This document shows, piece after piece, positions 1 through 14,094 of a DNA stretch of 64,000 nucleotides (within the stretch, counting starts at the first letter, position 1; every line of letters starts with the position of its first letter). The DNA is taken from the NCBI RefSeq assembly GCF_009914755.1, contig NC_060936.1; one strand, given 5' to 3'. The notes beneath the pieces were generated by a model. That model was not told the origin of the DNA. It worked only from the letters and a program-made list of their open reading frames with translations, and did not search any database. Made by a program: the position numbers and the translations under genes. The stretch comes from the human T2T-CHM13v2.0 reference genome, Homo sapiens.

Positions 1-2741
1 GCCTCACTTCCATAAAATGAGGGAGATGGACTAGATAATATAGTCTCTCTCACTTAATGACAGATAAGATGGTCTGTATATCACTTAATGGTGACCACCT
101 TCTGTAATTGAAATTGAATTCAAGTTTTGTGATTTTATCAGCCTTGCCTCTTGATGAACTAAATTTGCAATCTTAGACCTGTAGTAGAGTCTAGAAAATT
201 GCTAAATAGAATTGAACTTATAAACTGATTTATGGGAGTGTTTGCCAGTGTGCTTACTTGAATTACAGGATATCCTTGATGACAACCAACTATACAATTT
301 ACTTTTTATTCCATTTTAGGTATTTTTCCCCTCTCCTAGATTTGTTTTCCTAATAATCCGGAATTGTGTTCTAAAGATCACAAGTCAATAAAATGGTGTG
401 GTCCTGTTCATTGCTTAGGTAGTAAGCTGTTCAGGTATTAATGATAAAGGTCATTACCACATAAAAATTTCCTTCCTGCCTCAAAGTTTTTTGTATTCTG
501 GTATCTTAATGGGATGGATGCCTTCTGTTTTCTCATGGTTGCGGAAGTCAAGTGGTCTGTGTGTTTAACACAATATCTGAGTCTGATGAGTCACATGGTA
601 TGTCTGCTTTTAGTTGGGAACAGTTTTTTTTGGTCAGTTGTGATGGTCAAAAAAGTCTCTTGGGAGAGTTTAAATGACTCAAAATAACCAAACATAGCTC
701 ATAGCTACTTAGGTCTTAAAATTGTGAGCTTCGTGATACCATATTTTAATTTTAGTCTTGTCTAATTTTTGTACCCCCAAAGGACTGCTGCTTCTGGCTC
801 TTAAGTTGTTAAAACATTAGTCTGATTTCTTTCAGGGGGTGGTTTTTATTTGAAAAGGAACAGCAAACAAAATAACACAGCAATTTAAAAATTAAAATTA
901 AGAAATAAAAAAGGAATTGGTACAACTGAGAAATGCTTACAACTCTCTCCTGAAGCTGTTCAGTGATGCAGAAGCTTTGAATGCTTTGAATGAATGGGAA
1001 AATTAAAATTTGAGTTTATATTTGAAGTTTTTATTTTATATACTCACTTAAACTCAGTCTATTTTTCAAGTTTTGTTGTGTGTGCAAGTGTCTGCTTGGT
1101 CTGTCTGCCTCACTCTCTATCTCTCATTCCTATTCAAAGTTTACTTTTAAGAAAATGAAAAGCAAGTGTTCAAAGCTGCCCAAGCTTTGTATAGGTTTAT
1201 GTGTTCAGGCTGCTTCCCAAGCTTGCTCCTCCCCTTCCCTTTGCCAGGGTGTCCCTGCCTCTCACCACTCATCCTTTTCCTGCCTTGTCCATTCATCAGT
1301 TGTTCTCTGGTCACACCAAACCTTCACTTTTTAGCTCCAAATATGTATTTTGGACATACCGATGTTTTGAATCAGGCATTATCTCCCTTAAAACAGGCAA
1401 GGAAAGAGTAAAGGGGAGTGGGCATCTTCCTTAAAGCTAGAACATTTATTTTGTCTCTCTCTTCTTTGTATGATTTTGAAGGAGTATTTCCTTTATCTTA
1501 AATAAGACTTGAAGATAATTTAGCTAAGATTATTGTGCTGTCCTGCTTTTTGGTTTTGATATGGTCCTTTCTAGTCACCAGTGGAAAAGCTATTTGAGAA
1601 GAGAGTGATAGTTTGAGCCCTCGTAAATATGCCCAGGTAGGTATAAGCCACCAAAAAACTGTTGCCCTAAAAGCTCAAGATATGACTGGAAAACTTCTTC
1701 AAAATTTCCTTTATTATTCTCTGATTTGTCTTTAGTTTTGTTCCATGACATCCAACTTTTTTTTGCTGTTCTTTGCTGTTCTCCACTAAACCAGAACTAA
1801 GAATTTGGTTTATAGGAAAAAAAATTCGAGTACTGTGGTACCTGAAAAACCACCTCTAAGTGCTGAAAAGTGCAACTTGATTCCCCTTTACCCCTGCCCC
1901 CAAACATCCAGCACTCTCCCAGGATCACTCTTAAATGTTTTCTTTCTGCTTATAAAATGGTTGTTTTCCTATTATTGAAAATTTGGAAAATTCAAAAAGT
2001 GATAAAAGACAAAATTTAAATCATCTGTAATTTCACACTGTTTGTTCGTCACAATTTAACTTCGTCTCCCATTTTTGTATAGTTGAGTTCATATTGTACT
2101 TGAAAATAGAACTTTGTATCCTGCTTATTTACTTAACATTATTTTTCATGTTAAAATTTGCAGGGAGAATTTTCTTCAGTGCTGTGGTATTTTATACTAT
2201 CATCATTCCATCAATCATTTCATTTAATTTTAAACATTTGGTTTAAGTCGTTTGCTATTTTAAATAATGCTTTGATTAAAAAAAAATCTTTGTGGCAATT
2301 TTGGTTATTTGCATAGGATAGACTCCTAAAGTTGGAATTATGTCAAAAAATAAAAAATATCTCTATGGTTCTTGGTATAAATTACCGTATTCCCTGTTAG
2401 AAAGGGTCACATCTGTGCCAGCTAACACAAATGCATAGGGTGGACAGAAAGGCACCTCATAACAGACTGGACCTCACTAAGGGGGTGTTTTCCCCTTATA
2501 TTGTGACTACTTTCATATAGGGAACATACTGCATAATTTTAAATTTTCTATGTCTTTGATTCACTAGTAAAATTGAACATTTTTCATGTGTTTTAAACTA
2601 TTCCTGTTTATTATCAAACAGTGTTATGTATCCATTTATTAGGGTCTTTATTGTCTCCTTTCGACTTTAACATTAAAAAAGCTATGTATGAGCTTACTTG
2701 ATAAATAGACATGTATTTTAAATATATGCTTTTAGATACAC

Positions 2742-3116
<375 letters not shown>

Positions 3117-3514
3117 TGATATACAGTATATACATATGTATATTCCATATTTTTGTAGAATGAAATGTAGCACAAGTTTTCATTGTACTGATTTCATTTT
3201 AAGAAAGCTCATTCCTTCCAAAGATCCAGTAGTTATCCATCTATATTTTCCTCTAATTTTTTTGAAGTTTAATTTTTTTTAACTTTTATTTCTTCCCCTC
3301 CTTCCTTCATTCTTTCCTTCCTTTAGTTTTCATGTGTGTCCTTTTGAACCATTTGCAATTTATTTTGCATTTTGGAGTGAAATGAATACTTGACTTGATT
3401 TTTTCCCCTAAATGGATACCCAGTTGTTCCAGTACTATTAATTGAATGTCTTCTCCTCTTCTCCTCTTCCCATAATCTATGATTATGTTGCCTCATTCTA
3501 AGCGAAGACTTTAA

Positions 3515-3818
<304 letters not shown>

Positions 3819-6299
3819 AAGTTTATTCTTACATATTTTATGAATGTTGTACTCCATCTCCTCCTCCTTGCTACTTTTGTGAACAGGATTATTTTTCCAT
3901 TTCTAAATTTATGTCTTTAAAATTAACATTTTAAAGCATACATTTATTTTAAACTTTAAATTTCCCTATTTAAAAAATCTTTCGTCTTACTTTTGACGGA
4001 CCCATATTCTTTATAACAAAAGTGAAAAATATAGAAGAAAACTCATGATATTGGGTTACTGGATGTATTAATAGATGGAAGCATGGCTCAGCTGACAAGG
4101 CAAAGGGAAGGATAGATCCTTCTGGGTGCACTAGCTATCATCTCACTCATCCAAACCCACAATTCAGAGCCATAGTTTAAACCTGTTGGCCCCAAATTCT
4201 CTAGATCACTGTAATATCTGTCTTTCCCCCAACCATGCTCTCATGCTCTCCAAAAGTTTCCCTAGGCCACTTAATTCATCTTTATAAATTCTATAAATTT
4301 CTGTATATATTTTATAATTAAATATGAATAACATAAAGATATATCATTTTATATATATATTTATAAATTTGTTTTTTCCCAGTTGTTTTCATTTTGTTTT
4401 ACCTCTGAATATTTCCTCCTTTACAAATAATGTTGACATACTCACTCTGGTCTCCCCTCACCTTCGTTACCCATCATCTCCCTCCCCCCTGCCATTTACT
4501 CCCCCTTCTTGCAAATTGTGGCTTTTTTTCTCTTTTATGTCAATCAAGACAAATATTTTTCTGTATGTGCTCGTGTGTGTGCCAGTAATAGAAACTGATT
4601 TAAAATTCTTTTAGGGATGCCCATACTATCTAAAAGTTGGCATTGATTTTTTTTTCCCATCGAGGTGCTAGATTATAAGTATTTGAAGTTATGTGGCATT
4701 TCTGCTGAGGTAATTTTTTAAAGTTAACTATGACTTGATTCAGCTGAACATTTTTTTGCAGACAAAATCTAGTGCACTACCAGATAGGCATATAGCAATA
4801 GAACAATTAAATTTTATAAATATTTTAAGAATAGACTGCTTCTTTCTGAATGTTTTTGAGAAAGACAGGGTGATAGTTTATCTAAACATTAAGATCGGTA
4901 AATAGAATTTTAAATAAAATTGCTGCTTTGGTAAATTTACCTCTTAATTGTTTGCATTTGGTTTATAAACACTTTCCCCTTCTCATTGCAAGTTTTAAAA
5001 AAAAATGAAGTTCAGAGGGATTTTTAGTAATTATTTGGACCAATAAACTCAGGTATTCTGCCATGAACATCATTACTACAGCCAAATAAGCTTTCAGGTA
5101 CTCAACCATTGAACTATATTTTTGTGCATAGGAAAACTATTTCGAAAACAGTTTTGAAAATGAAAATGCTAATGTTGAGTTCAGCACCACTGTGCCATCA
5201 TCACCAACCTTATGATTCACAGAAGGAGCAAAGACAAGGGTGTCTGTTTATGAAATGCATTCCTCTGGTCTAGTGATCAGGGCATACGCCACATGGAGAG
5301 GGCCACGCTAAATAAAAACAAAAGCTATTAACAGCAGATACAGTAAAGAGATTACAAATAAATTGGTGTGTGTTGCCTCATGAGAATCACTCTTTTGTGA
5401 GAGAAAGGGTTAGCTCTTCCCTGGAACACCTCTACCTCTAGTTCTACCCCAAATCACTACTAACTTCTAGTAAGGCTTCTACCAAGAGTTCTTTTTTTAC
5501 TTTAAATATTTCTTTTTGCTACATTTCTCTCCCCTCTCCATTAGAAGTAATCTAATTTGTCAAAGAAGTAGGCTAAGATCAGAAGAGAGAGGGAATGTCT
5601 ATTAGAGATTAAATTTACAAACTAACTGACAATGGCAGCAGCCCAAGGCAGGAGGGATGAGCAGAAAGATTGAGCAGGGAAGGGAAGAAAATTAATAATT
5701 TTTGAGCATTAATATGTGCTAGGAGATACTTTAAAAATATTTTTTACTGATTTATTGATTTATCAAACACATGACGTATCTCAGTCCTTTTACAAGTACT
5801 AACTTTTAGAATTATCTTAAGTCTTATATTATCATAATAAGCATGCACACAAGGTGGCTATTATTATATTTATTTAACAGGAAACTGACACACAGAAAGT
5901 TTAAAGTTTAATTTGCCTAAAGTGACACAGCTAGTGAATGGCTGCACCAAAATTCAGACCCAGGCAATCTGGCCTTTCATCCTGTGCTCTGCCACCATCA
6001 AAGCGTCATATCAACCTTATAAGGTTGGCATTTATGATCTCCATTTTAGAAATGTGGATCCTGACTCAGGTTAAATAACTCAGACAGGATCAGCCTTAAA
6101 CTAACTTTCTTAAACTAGCCTTAAACTAGCTTTTCTTATACTTTCTGTCCTTACTGATCATTTACCCAGTCATCCACATCTGAAACTTAGAGATAATTAG
6201 AGACTTTAGTCTTTCCAGCTGACTAACTGAGGCTTCTTCACTTCTGCTACTATCTTAATTAGTCCCTCACTATTCTGTAATCTCAAATGTGCTGTAAAG

Positions 6300-6575
6300 G
6301 AAGCAGGTGGGTAATAAAATGTGGGTAATAAAAAGTGAATGAGTCTGGGCACGTGGGAATGGAGAGTTGGTGGACGGGTGGGATGTTGTATTGTAAGGGG
6401 CCGGCTGCAGCTCTGCTCCAGCTGTCATTGTGGAGCTGACAGAGCTCATTGTGGACAGATCAGACTTTTCAGGAGAAACCAGAAACCTGGATTTTCATGT
6501 GAAACCTTCTACTTTCTAAATTGTAGCACAAGCCTAACAAAATGATTCTGCAGGCTACCAGGTTGTAATCTCTGA
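6300..6575. mobile_element. hAT-type DNA transposon fossil (MER102-like)
   Basis: ggagaaaccagaaacctggattttcatgtgaaa and terminal ccaggttgtaatctctg resemble recalled MER102; related stretch near 20700-20915. Confidence 0.45.
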
Positions 6576-7978
6576 CTATTCATTATTAAGCCTCCTGAGC
6601 AGATTTACTTCCTCTAGTCTGATCTGTACTTCCAGCCTTTTGGCCATCCTCCCTGTACCAGCATAATCTATCCGAAGTGCAAATCAGATAGGATTTGAGG
6701 GCTGGTTAGGAGAATTAAATGCTTCTAAGAATGTAATATTCTTAGAAGAATTCTGGGTACTTGGGTAAAAACTCAATAAATATTCTTTAATGGCTGTTAG
6801 GTTTTCACTAAATTAAAAGCCTTGAGTGATTCCCATTTATGTTCAGGATAATTTTTAACATGACAAAAAAGTTCCTTATTTCTACCTTCATCTTCTGCCA
6901 TTTAATCAAATATACTCAGTCTATCGGTATGCTTAAGTGTGTCAGTGTATTTCATGCCTTACAGCTCTTCCTCCTCTGAGTCCATCTGACTGGTGAACTC
7001 TTACTATAGCCCCATCCCCTCCAAGATTCAGTTCAGGCATCACCTTCTGTATTAAACCTTTGATTATCCTTCCTCTTGAAGCACTGATTTCTCCCTACTT
7101 TGTGTCTCCATAAGATCATGAACTCCCTAAGGGCCGGAACTGTGTTTTATCAGTCTTATTCTCAGCACTTCATACAGTCAACATGGTATATATCTGCAAT
7201 AAATGTTGGTTGAAAATAAAACAATTAGTGAAAGTTAATGCTGGGATTTGAAACTTCACCTATGAATTTCTTGCATTTTAGACTGTGCCTCAGAGAGGAA
7301 AGAAGCTGTAGCTGCCCTTTCGTTAGGGACCCAGTTTATACAGTGTACAATCTGAGGACTTATTGTAGCCTAGGGCATTATGATTGCAACTAGTGAATTG
7401 AATTTAGGCGAATTTTTATACTACAAGGCAATATAGTAGCATTAAGGACACTCCTTCCTCTGAAATGCAGTATGTGAAAACTAAGGTGAAATCACCAGTT
7501 AAATAATTTGTTTTACAGCCAGGTAAAGCAGTTCTATTTTCTTCCTTTAGAAATTTGATGGTAAATGGTTGGAGATACCACATCTATTTATAAATGGCCT
7601 GAGTGCCAGATTTGTTATCTCCTTTCCCCAGGCTTGATAAAAAAGAATGTTGGACTTAACTATTGGTAGTGTCTCCATTAATGAATAGAGCAGTCTGGAG
7701 AAAACACACGTGAACAGGAAATTCAAGGGCACCTTGTGTTGTTTTTATCAGTCCAGGAATTCTAGACTTGCAAATTGTATCCTGTTCTTTTTCTGGCCAA
7801 AGAAAGGGCTTTAATAAAACAAAAAGAACAGTGTTAAATCCATTAAAGGAATACATTTGCAATACAATAAGTGCCAGTCATCTAGACCATTCTTTGTAAT
7901 AATTTGATCACTTCTTAGTTTTGTATAATTTAAATTTTTAAAAGTCTGTCTGTGTCTGGTAAGAAGGAAACAAATTTT

Positions 7979-8045
7979 TCTTGTTTTTAAAGCTAATCTT
8001 GTTTTTAAAGCTAATCTTGTTTTTAAAGCTAATCTTTAAAGCTAA
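7979..8045. repeat. 18-bp tandem repeat (TCTTGTTTTTAAAGCTAA)x3 plus a deleted fourth unit
   Basis: Units read directly at 7979, 7997, 8015. Confidence 0.95.
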
Positions 8046-8581
8046 ACTATACAAGATATTGTATAATCATGAGTAAGGGTGGGATTTTTGTTTTTTCTGC
8101 AAATGTGTTTCTTAAGTAAGATTTATTTCTGAAGGCTAATAGAATACCAAATGATTCTGTATTTCTTAACCCAAATGAAATTATTATATATGAAACACAC
8201 ATATAATTTAAAATCTATTACATTAGAGTTGAGTTACCATCACTTACAGACTGCCTACTGTGTGCTCATCACTTTGCCAGGTACTGCGATGCTTTCATTA
8301 CAAAGATAAATAGATGGAGATTTTGCCCTTATTTGGTTTTTAAACAAGACATACATGTATGTGTAACTACAATGGAAAGAACATCATAATCATTACTAAA
8401 TTATATAGAGTCTAAAAGTAATATTTCATTACTTGACATCCACTTCCGATTTTGGAGTAAAACTCATTACAACTTCCTATGATGGAAGAAACCTCATCTT
8501 CTATTTACCTTCTTTTTTGAAGACCTCAGGTTCATAAATATTTATCTAAAATGACCTCATATGTATTTCTATACTGTTGGG

Positions 8582-8755
8582 TTTTTTGTTTGTCTTTTTA
8601 GCCTAGATCTCACTCTGTTACCCAGGCTGGAGTCCAGTGGCTATGCATAGGCGCCACCATAGTGCACCACAGCCTTGAACTCCCAGGCTCAGATGACCCT
8701 CCTGTCTCAGCCTCCCAAGTAGCTGGGGCTACAGACATGTGCCACCATGCCTGGC
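8582..8755 (-). mobile_element. FAM (fossil Alu monomer)
   Basis: Monomer keeping the 7SL-type segment cagtggctatgcataggcgcc, which dimeric Alus lack. Confidence 0.75.
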
Positions 8756-9877
8756 TCTATTTTTATACGGTTAATGCAGACAATTTCTGTTGTTTGGAAT
8801 TGTTTTGAATTCCCTAACACTTCTTTATGTTTCACAAAAATTTCCTCAAAAGTTTTGTTCCTTAATGTTCCTCAAAAGTTTTGTCCACCTCTAGCCCCCC
8901 AATTTGGCTTCATTCTGGGAAGGCCTAGTCTGTAGCAGACCATCTCCTACAGCCACTTTCCAGTGGACATAGGTGCTCTAGGCAAGATAGCCATCAGCCT
9001 TGTGTGTTTTAGATTCCACCTTATCCCAATCCCATTCAACATTTAAATTGAATAACAGTTCTCTTTGTTTTGATGCCATGCTCGCCAAGCAATCTTCTGA
9101 ACCTAATTTCTTGTTACTCAGTGTCTTACTGTGTAAATCAGTAAACTGCATTCTGTCTTGTATATTTGTCTTTTGTGAACTTTGTTAGGATAAAGTGACT
9201 TCCAGAATTTGATTGCCCTGAGACACTGGCAGCTGAGGGCCAGACCTTGCCGCTTGGCAGACCGAGCAGGGCAGCCTGCTCGACAAGGCCCCTTGGCAGA
9301 CAGTCAGCTCCCTCCAAGGCCAAACCCCAAGTTCAACATACATCTTTCTCTCCCATTTCTGCAAGCATAACTGTGAACAGCATAATTCTGTGAGTCATGT
9401 GTTATTTCTTTGTGCTTTTTTCAAGAGGCATTATAAAAGGTTTTTTATGTTTTTCACCATTCACTTTTTGAAAGGAATATATAAGGCCTTGGACAACTAG
9501 AGTTGGGTCTTGACCTTTTGTTAAGGCAAACTTGTAAAGTGGCAAACCACTTTATAAATTTTTATTGGCTACAGATCTTCTGGACATTTTCTCTGTTCAT
9601 TAGTATCTGCTTGCTAGAACAAATACAAGGCAAGTCAGAAATCATTCTACAATCGTAGGGTGTTGCTCTTTAATGGTACTTTTAAGGTTTTCCCACCCCA
9701 AATATTTGTTGAAAAAGTAACAGGCAGTTGTTTACCAAAAAGCATTTGAAGAGAACTATCTATGAACTGCAATTTTATATGCCTAGGGAAGGTTCACTGG
9801 AATACTACTGCAAATTGTACACCTGTCCTCCTTTTGAGGATTCAGGATGCATGTTAGCATATTAAAGATGCTGGGAA

Positions 9878-10227
<350 letters not shown>

Positions 10228-10349
10228 TTAAATTCCTCAATTTCCAGTCCATCCTTCCTCTCCCATCCCAAGCCCCAGTTAACAAATGTGATTTGATTTC
10301 AGAGATGTTTTCTATACACGATCCCTGTTTCACTTTTCCTTCTTTGACC

Positions 10350-10636
10350 TTTTTTTTTTTTCCAGTTAGAGACAGGGTCTTGCTCCATCACCCAGGCTGC
10401 AGTGCAGTGGTTCAATCGCAGCTCATTGTAACCTTGAACAAGGGTTCAAGCAGTCTTCCTGCCTCATCCTCCAGAGTAGCTGTGACTACAGGTGTGCACT
10501 ACCACACCTAGCTAAGTAAAAAAAAAAAAAAAATTGTAGAGATGAGGAGATCCCAGGCTGATCTCAAACTCTTGGCCTCAAATGATCTTGGCCTCACAAA
10601 GTGCCAGGATTAGAGTCATGAGCCACTGTGCCTGGC
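10350..10636 (-). mobile_element. AluJ
   Basis: Diverged dimer, TSD tctttgacctt. Confidence 0.9.
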
Positions 10637-13358
10637 ATTCTTTGACCTTTCTGCATCTGATCCTGAAACATAGAACATGAGCCCAATGATTCTGAAATTT
10701 CCAAAAATGATTTGGCAGCATTGTTTTAGCAATTCAGTAAGAGCAGCTTAATCCATAAAAATCACTTGGCCATGATAATTCTTGAGTTTATTTTTCATTA
10801 TTTATTGTTTTAAAAAATAATGCTCATTATTATTAAAGCATTTAGCACAATACAAAGATTAAACTAGGTGCCTAGAATAGTATCTTACATTTGTATAAGC
10901 CATTGTGGCTTTCCTGTGTATTATCTCAGATGGCCTTAGAACTAGGCCTGTGAACCAGGCAGAGCAAATATTTTAAGCCCTGTTTTGGGAAAAGTGACTT
11001 GAGTTAAGGGTGTTCTGGTGATTTGAATAAGACCATATGATCAGTTAGCAACAAGGCTGGGATTAGATCTTTTAATTTCTGACTTCTACCTTCTGTAATT
11101 TCTTTTTCCACAGTTGCTTATTAGCCAATCTTTACAGAGCACTTTACTATTGGCTAATTCTTTCAACTACTGTTACTGCGCCCCCTCCCTCCCCCCAATC
11201 AATAGGTTGTCTCATTCATTCATTCATGACTACTCTGAGTCAGATGCAGTGCTGTTGTGAGTTTTGAAAAATGAATCAGAAAGAGTTCTTACATGGAGAT
11301 GTTCCTGGTTTGGTGGAGTAACTGTTAGGGCCGAATTTTTCTTAGGAGTGATAAGCCACCAGTACCTGACTACAAATGTTAGAGAACATGCACCAAAAAA
11401 ATGAGAAATGCTTTGCCTCTTCTGCAGAGCATGTTAGAGAAGTCACCACAGCAGTAAGACTTCAGCTAAACTGGGCCATAAAGGATCAGCAGATTCCTGC
11501 AGAGACATATCCTGCAGTGGATATAACTGCTTCAGGGATAGGTCATGGAAGAGCTTGGAGGCATGAAAGAGCTAGGTATGTTGGGAAAAGAATGAGCGGT
11601 GAGGAAGAGCATCAGATAAGGATAGAAAATATAAAAAGCAACAGATAAGGATAGCAAGTTGGAATCCTGACTCCACATCACACTAGCTATGTGACTTGCC
11701 CCAAACTTCAGTTCCCTACTTTGCAGGGCTGTCGTGAGGATGAAATGCAATCATGCATGGCAAGTGCCTCTATCTTAAATCCTCAGGAGAAAAAAAGGGG
11801 GAAATCAGTGAATAAAATATCATAAAGTTCCTGATATATAACCATACTCAGTGTATGTGAGTTGTTCTTATTGATCATATGTAGCTAATTTGACTTGCAG
11901 TAGGCAATGAGGAACCATGACTGATTCTAAACAAGTGACACGATCAGCTTCTCATTTAAAGTAGTCAGCAGAGGAACAAATTTATGCCAAAATAATAGAT
12001 GCAGTTTTAGACATAGTGATTCTGAGGCTCAAGCAGTACATTGAGGTATAAACCCCTAATAGGACAACAGTAGAACTGGGAGTTTGCCATAGATAATTGT
12101 TTGCTTTCAACCTACACTTGACTTGCTTGACATCTTTTGGTTCATTCCATCAACCCTGGAATCTAGTCCACTTCAGGTCCACATCCAGGGCTCTGTATCT
12201 TCTTTACTTAAAGCAAGATGGATGTTGTGGCATAGGTGGCAGGTTTGGGGAACACTTTTCAACTAAGAATGCTTTGGATGGTCACTCTTGGCAAGCTGGA
12301 TCTTCTTTGGACTGGTCTGTTACGATCTTCATCTAGATAAGCAAAGCCTCTTTAATGTATGAACTCTTCTAGTCTTTTTATCCAGATGTGGCTGTAGTAG
12401 GCAAGTCTCTTAGGGTCAGTGGCCACCTGCTGCAGCCATCGGAGTTCAGTCTTCCCCCCGTCAAGTGGCCATTTTGCCACACTCCTTATCTAATAGTCCA
12501 GATTATTTTCTTTGAAACAGTACTTTGTTTGCGTGGCCCAGTGATCTCTAAAAGTTGGCACTGGAATGCCTTTAAGCAGACATACATTGTCCACTTAAGG
12601 CCACAAAGCTTCCCTGTTGTTACCTGGCTTCATTCATACATTTCTGTTTCCTTCTTGGTTCCTATAGGCATCTGAATTTCATTTGAAAATGAAATGGGCT
12701 GCACAGTCTGGAGAAGTGTACTATACCTTGTTATAGCACGTTTTGGAATGACCCAGAATTCAGAATGAAATGGGCAGCTATGAGCCCCATCCAAAGGTGC
12801 CTGTTTCTAAAAGTAGTTTCCCCCTACAATATACGTGAACGTTGCTTTAGGCTGGTGTTTATATGCATATTTGATACAACACTTCATGTTTCATAGAATT
12901 CATAAGGCAGAAGCTACTTCTTACTATTAAACTAAACTGCATTAACTCTTAGGAGACTGACATTTATCAGGGACATAGCTATTAGCACTATCTTATAGAT
13001 TTTATTTAGTAATGAAACAACAAAATAGCTGGAACTTTTCTTGTTTTGAATGCTTGTTGAATGTGACCTTTGTATATAAATGTGTCTATATTATATATGG
13101 ATGCCACTGGTTCTTCTTTGCTGTCATTAACTCCTGGTTTTGCCACCACAATATGAATTTCTCTTGCTTTGGAAATAGTGCTTTTCTTTCTTCCCTAGCT
13201 TTGTATTATTTATAATGTGAAATACTTGGATGTGTTAACTGTTAGGGTCGAATTTTTCTTAGTTGAAATTGAACATTTTCAGAGTTTATTATAAAAGATA
13301 GGGGTTTTTTTTCCCACTGAATAATTTGTTTTTCTATGTTGTTTCAGTTTCCGTTACT

Positions 13359-13492
13359 ATGGCAATGACGGCAGGGACTACAACAACCTTTCCTATGAGC
13401 AACCATACCCGGGAAAGAGTGACTGTAGCCAAGCTCACATTGGAGAATTTTTATAGCAACCTAATTTTACAGCATGAAGAGAGAGAAACCAG
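13359..13492 (+). CDS. STK38L: STK38L/NDR2 exon 2 (first coding exon; exon starts 13348), aa 1-45
   Basis: tttcag acceptor ends 13347; actATGg strong Kozak; MAMTAGTTTTFPMSNHTRERVTVAKLTLENFYSNLILQHEERETR matches recalled NDR2 N-terminus; AG|gtatag donor. Confidence 0.97.
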
Positions 13493-13780
13493 GTATAGTA
13501 AGGGCTAATCAAAACTTTTTTTAGTTAAATAAGCTGTTGTGCTGTGAGTGGAATAGAAACTTGTTTACCATGAATGATATGAATATTATGGATCCCTGCA
13601 TGCTGTTTTTGAGTTTCCTGTACTGACAGTGCACATAGACATGTGTTTTATTTTCACAGAGTAGTTTCCTGAGGTGCCCCAAGTCTTGTGCATCTATATA
13701 CCCGTATGACGTGCCAATTAACGTTTTAAACAAACCTTTTCCAAACATGAAATTATGATATGTCTTTACATTTTCTTTTA

Positions 13781-14094
<314 letters not shown>

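Noticed and set aside
7979-8045. Short repeat array as CRISPR-like
   Set aside because: Tandem units without spacers in primate intronic DNA; no cas genes
6094-8885. Micro-duplications (ccttaaacta ~6094-6130, gtgggtaataaaa ~6307-6333, ttcctcaaaagttttgt ~8842-8885)
   Set aside because: Ordinary short slippage events with no functional context
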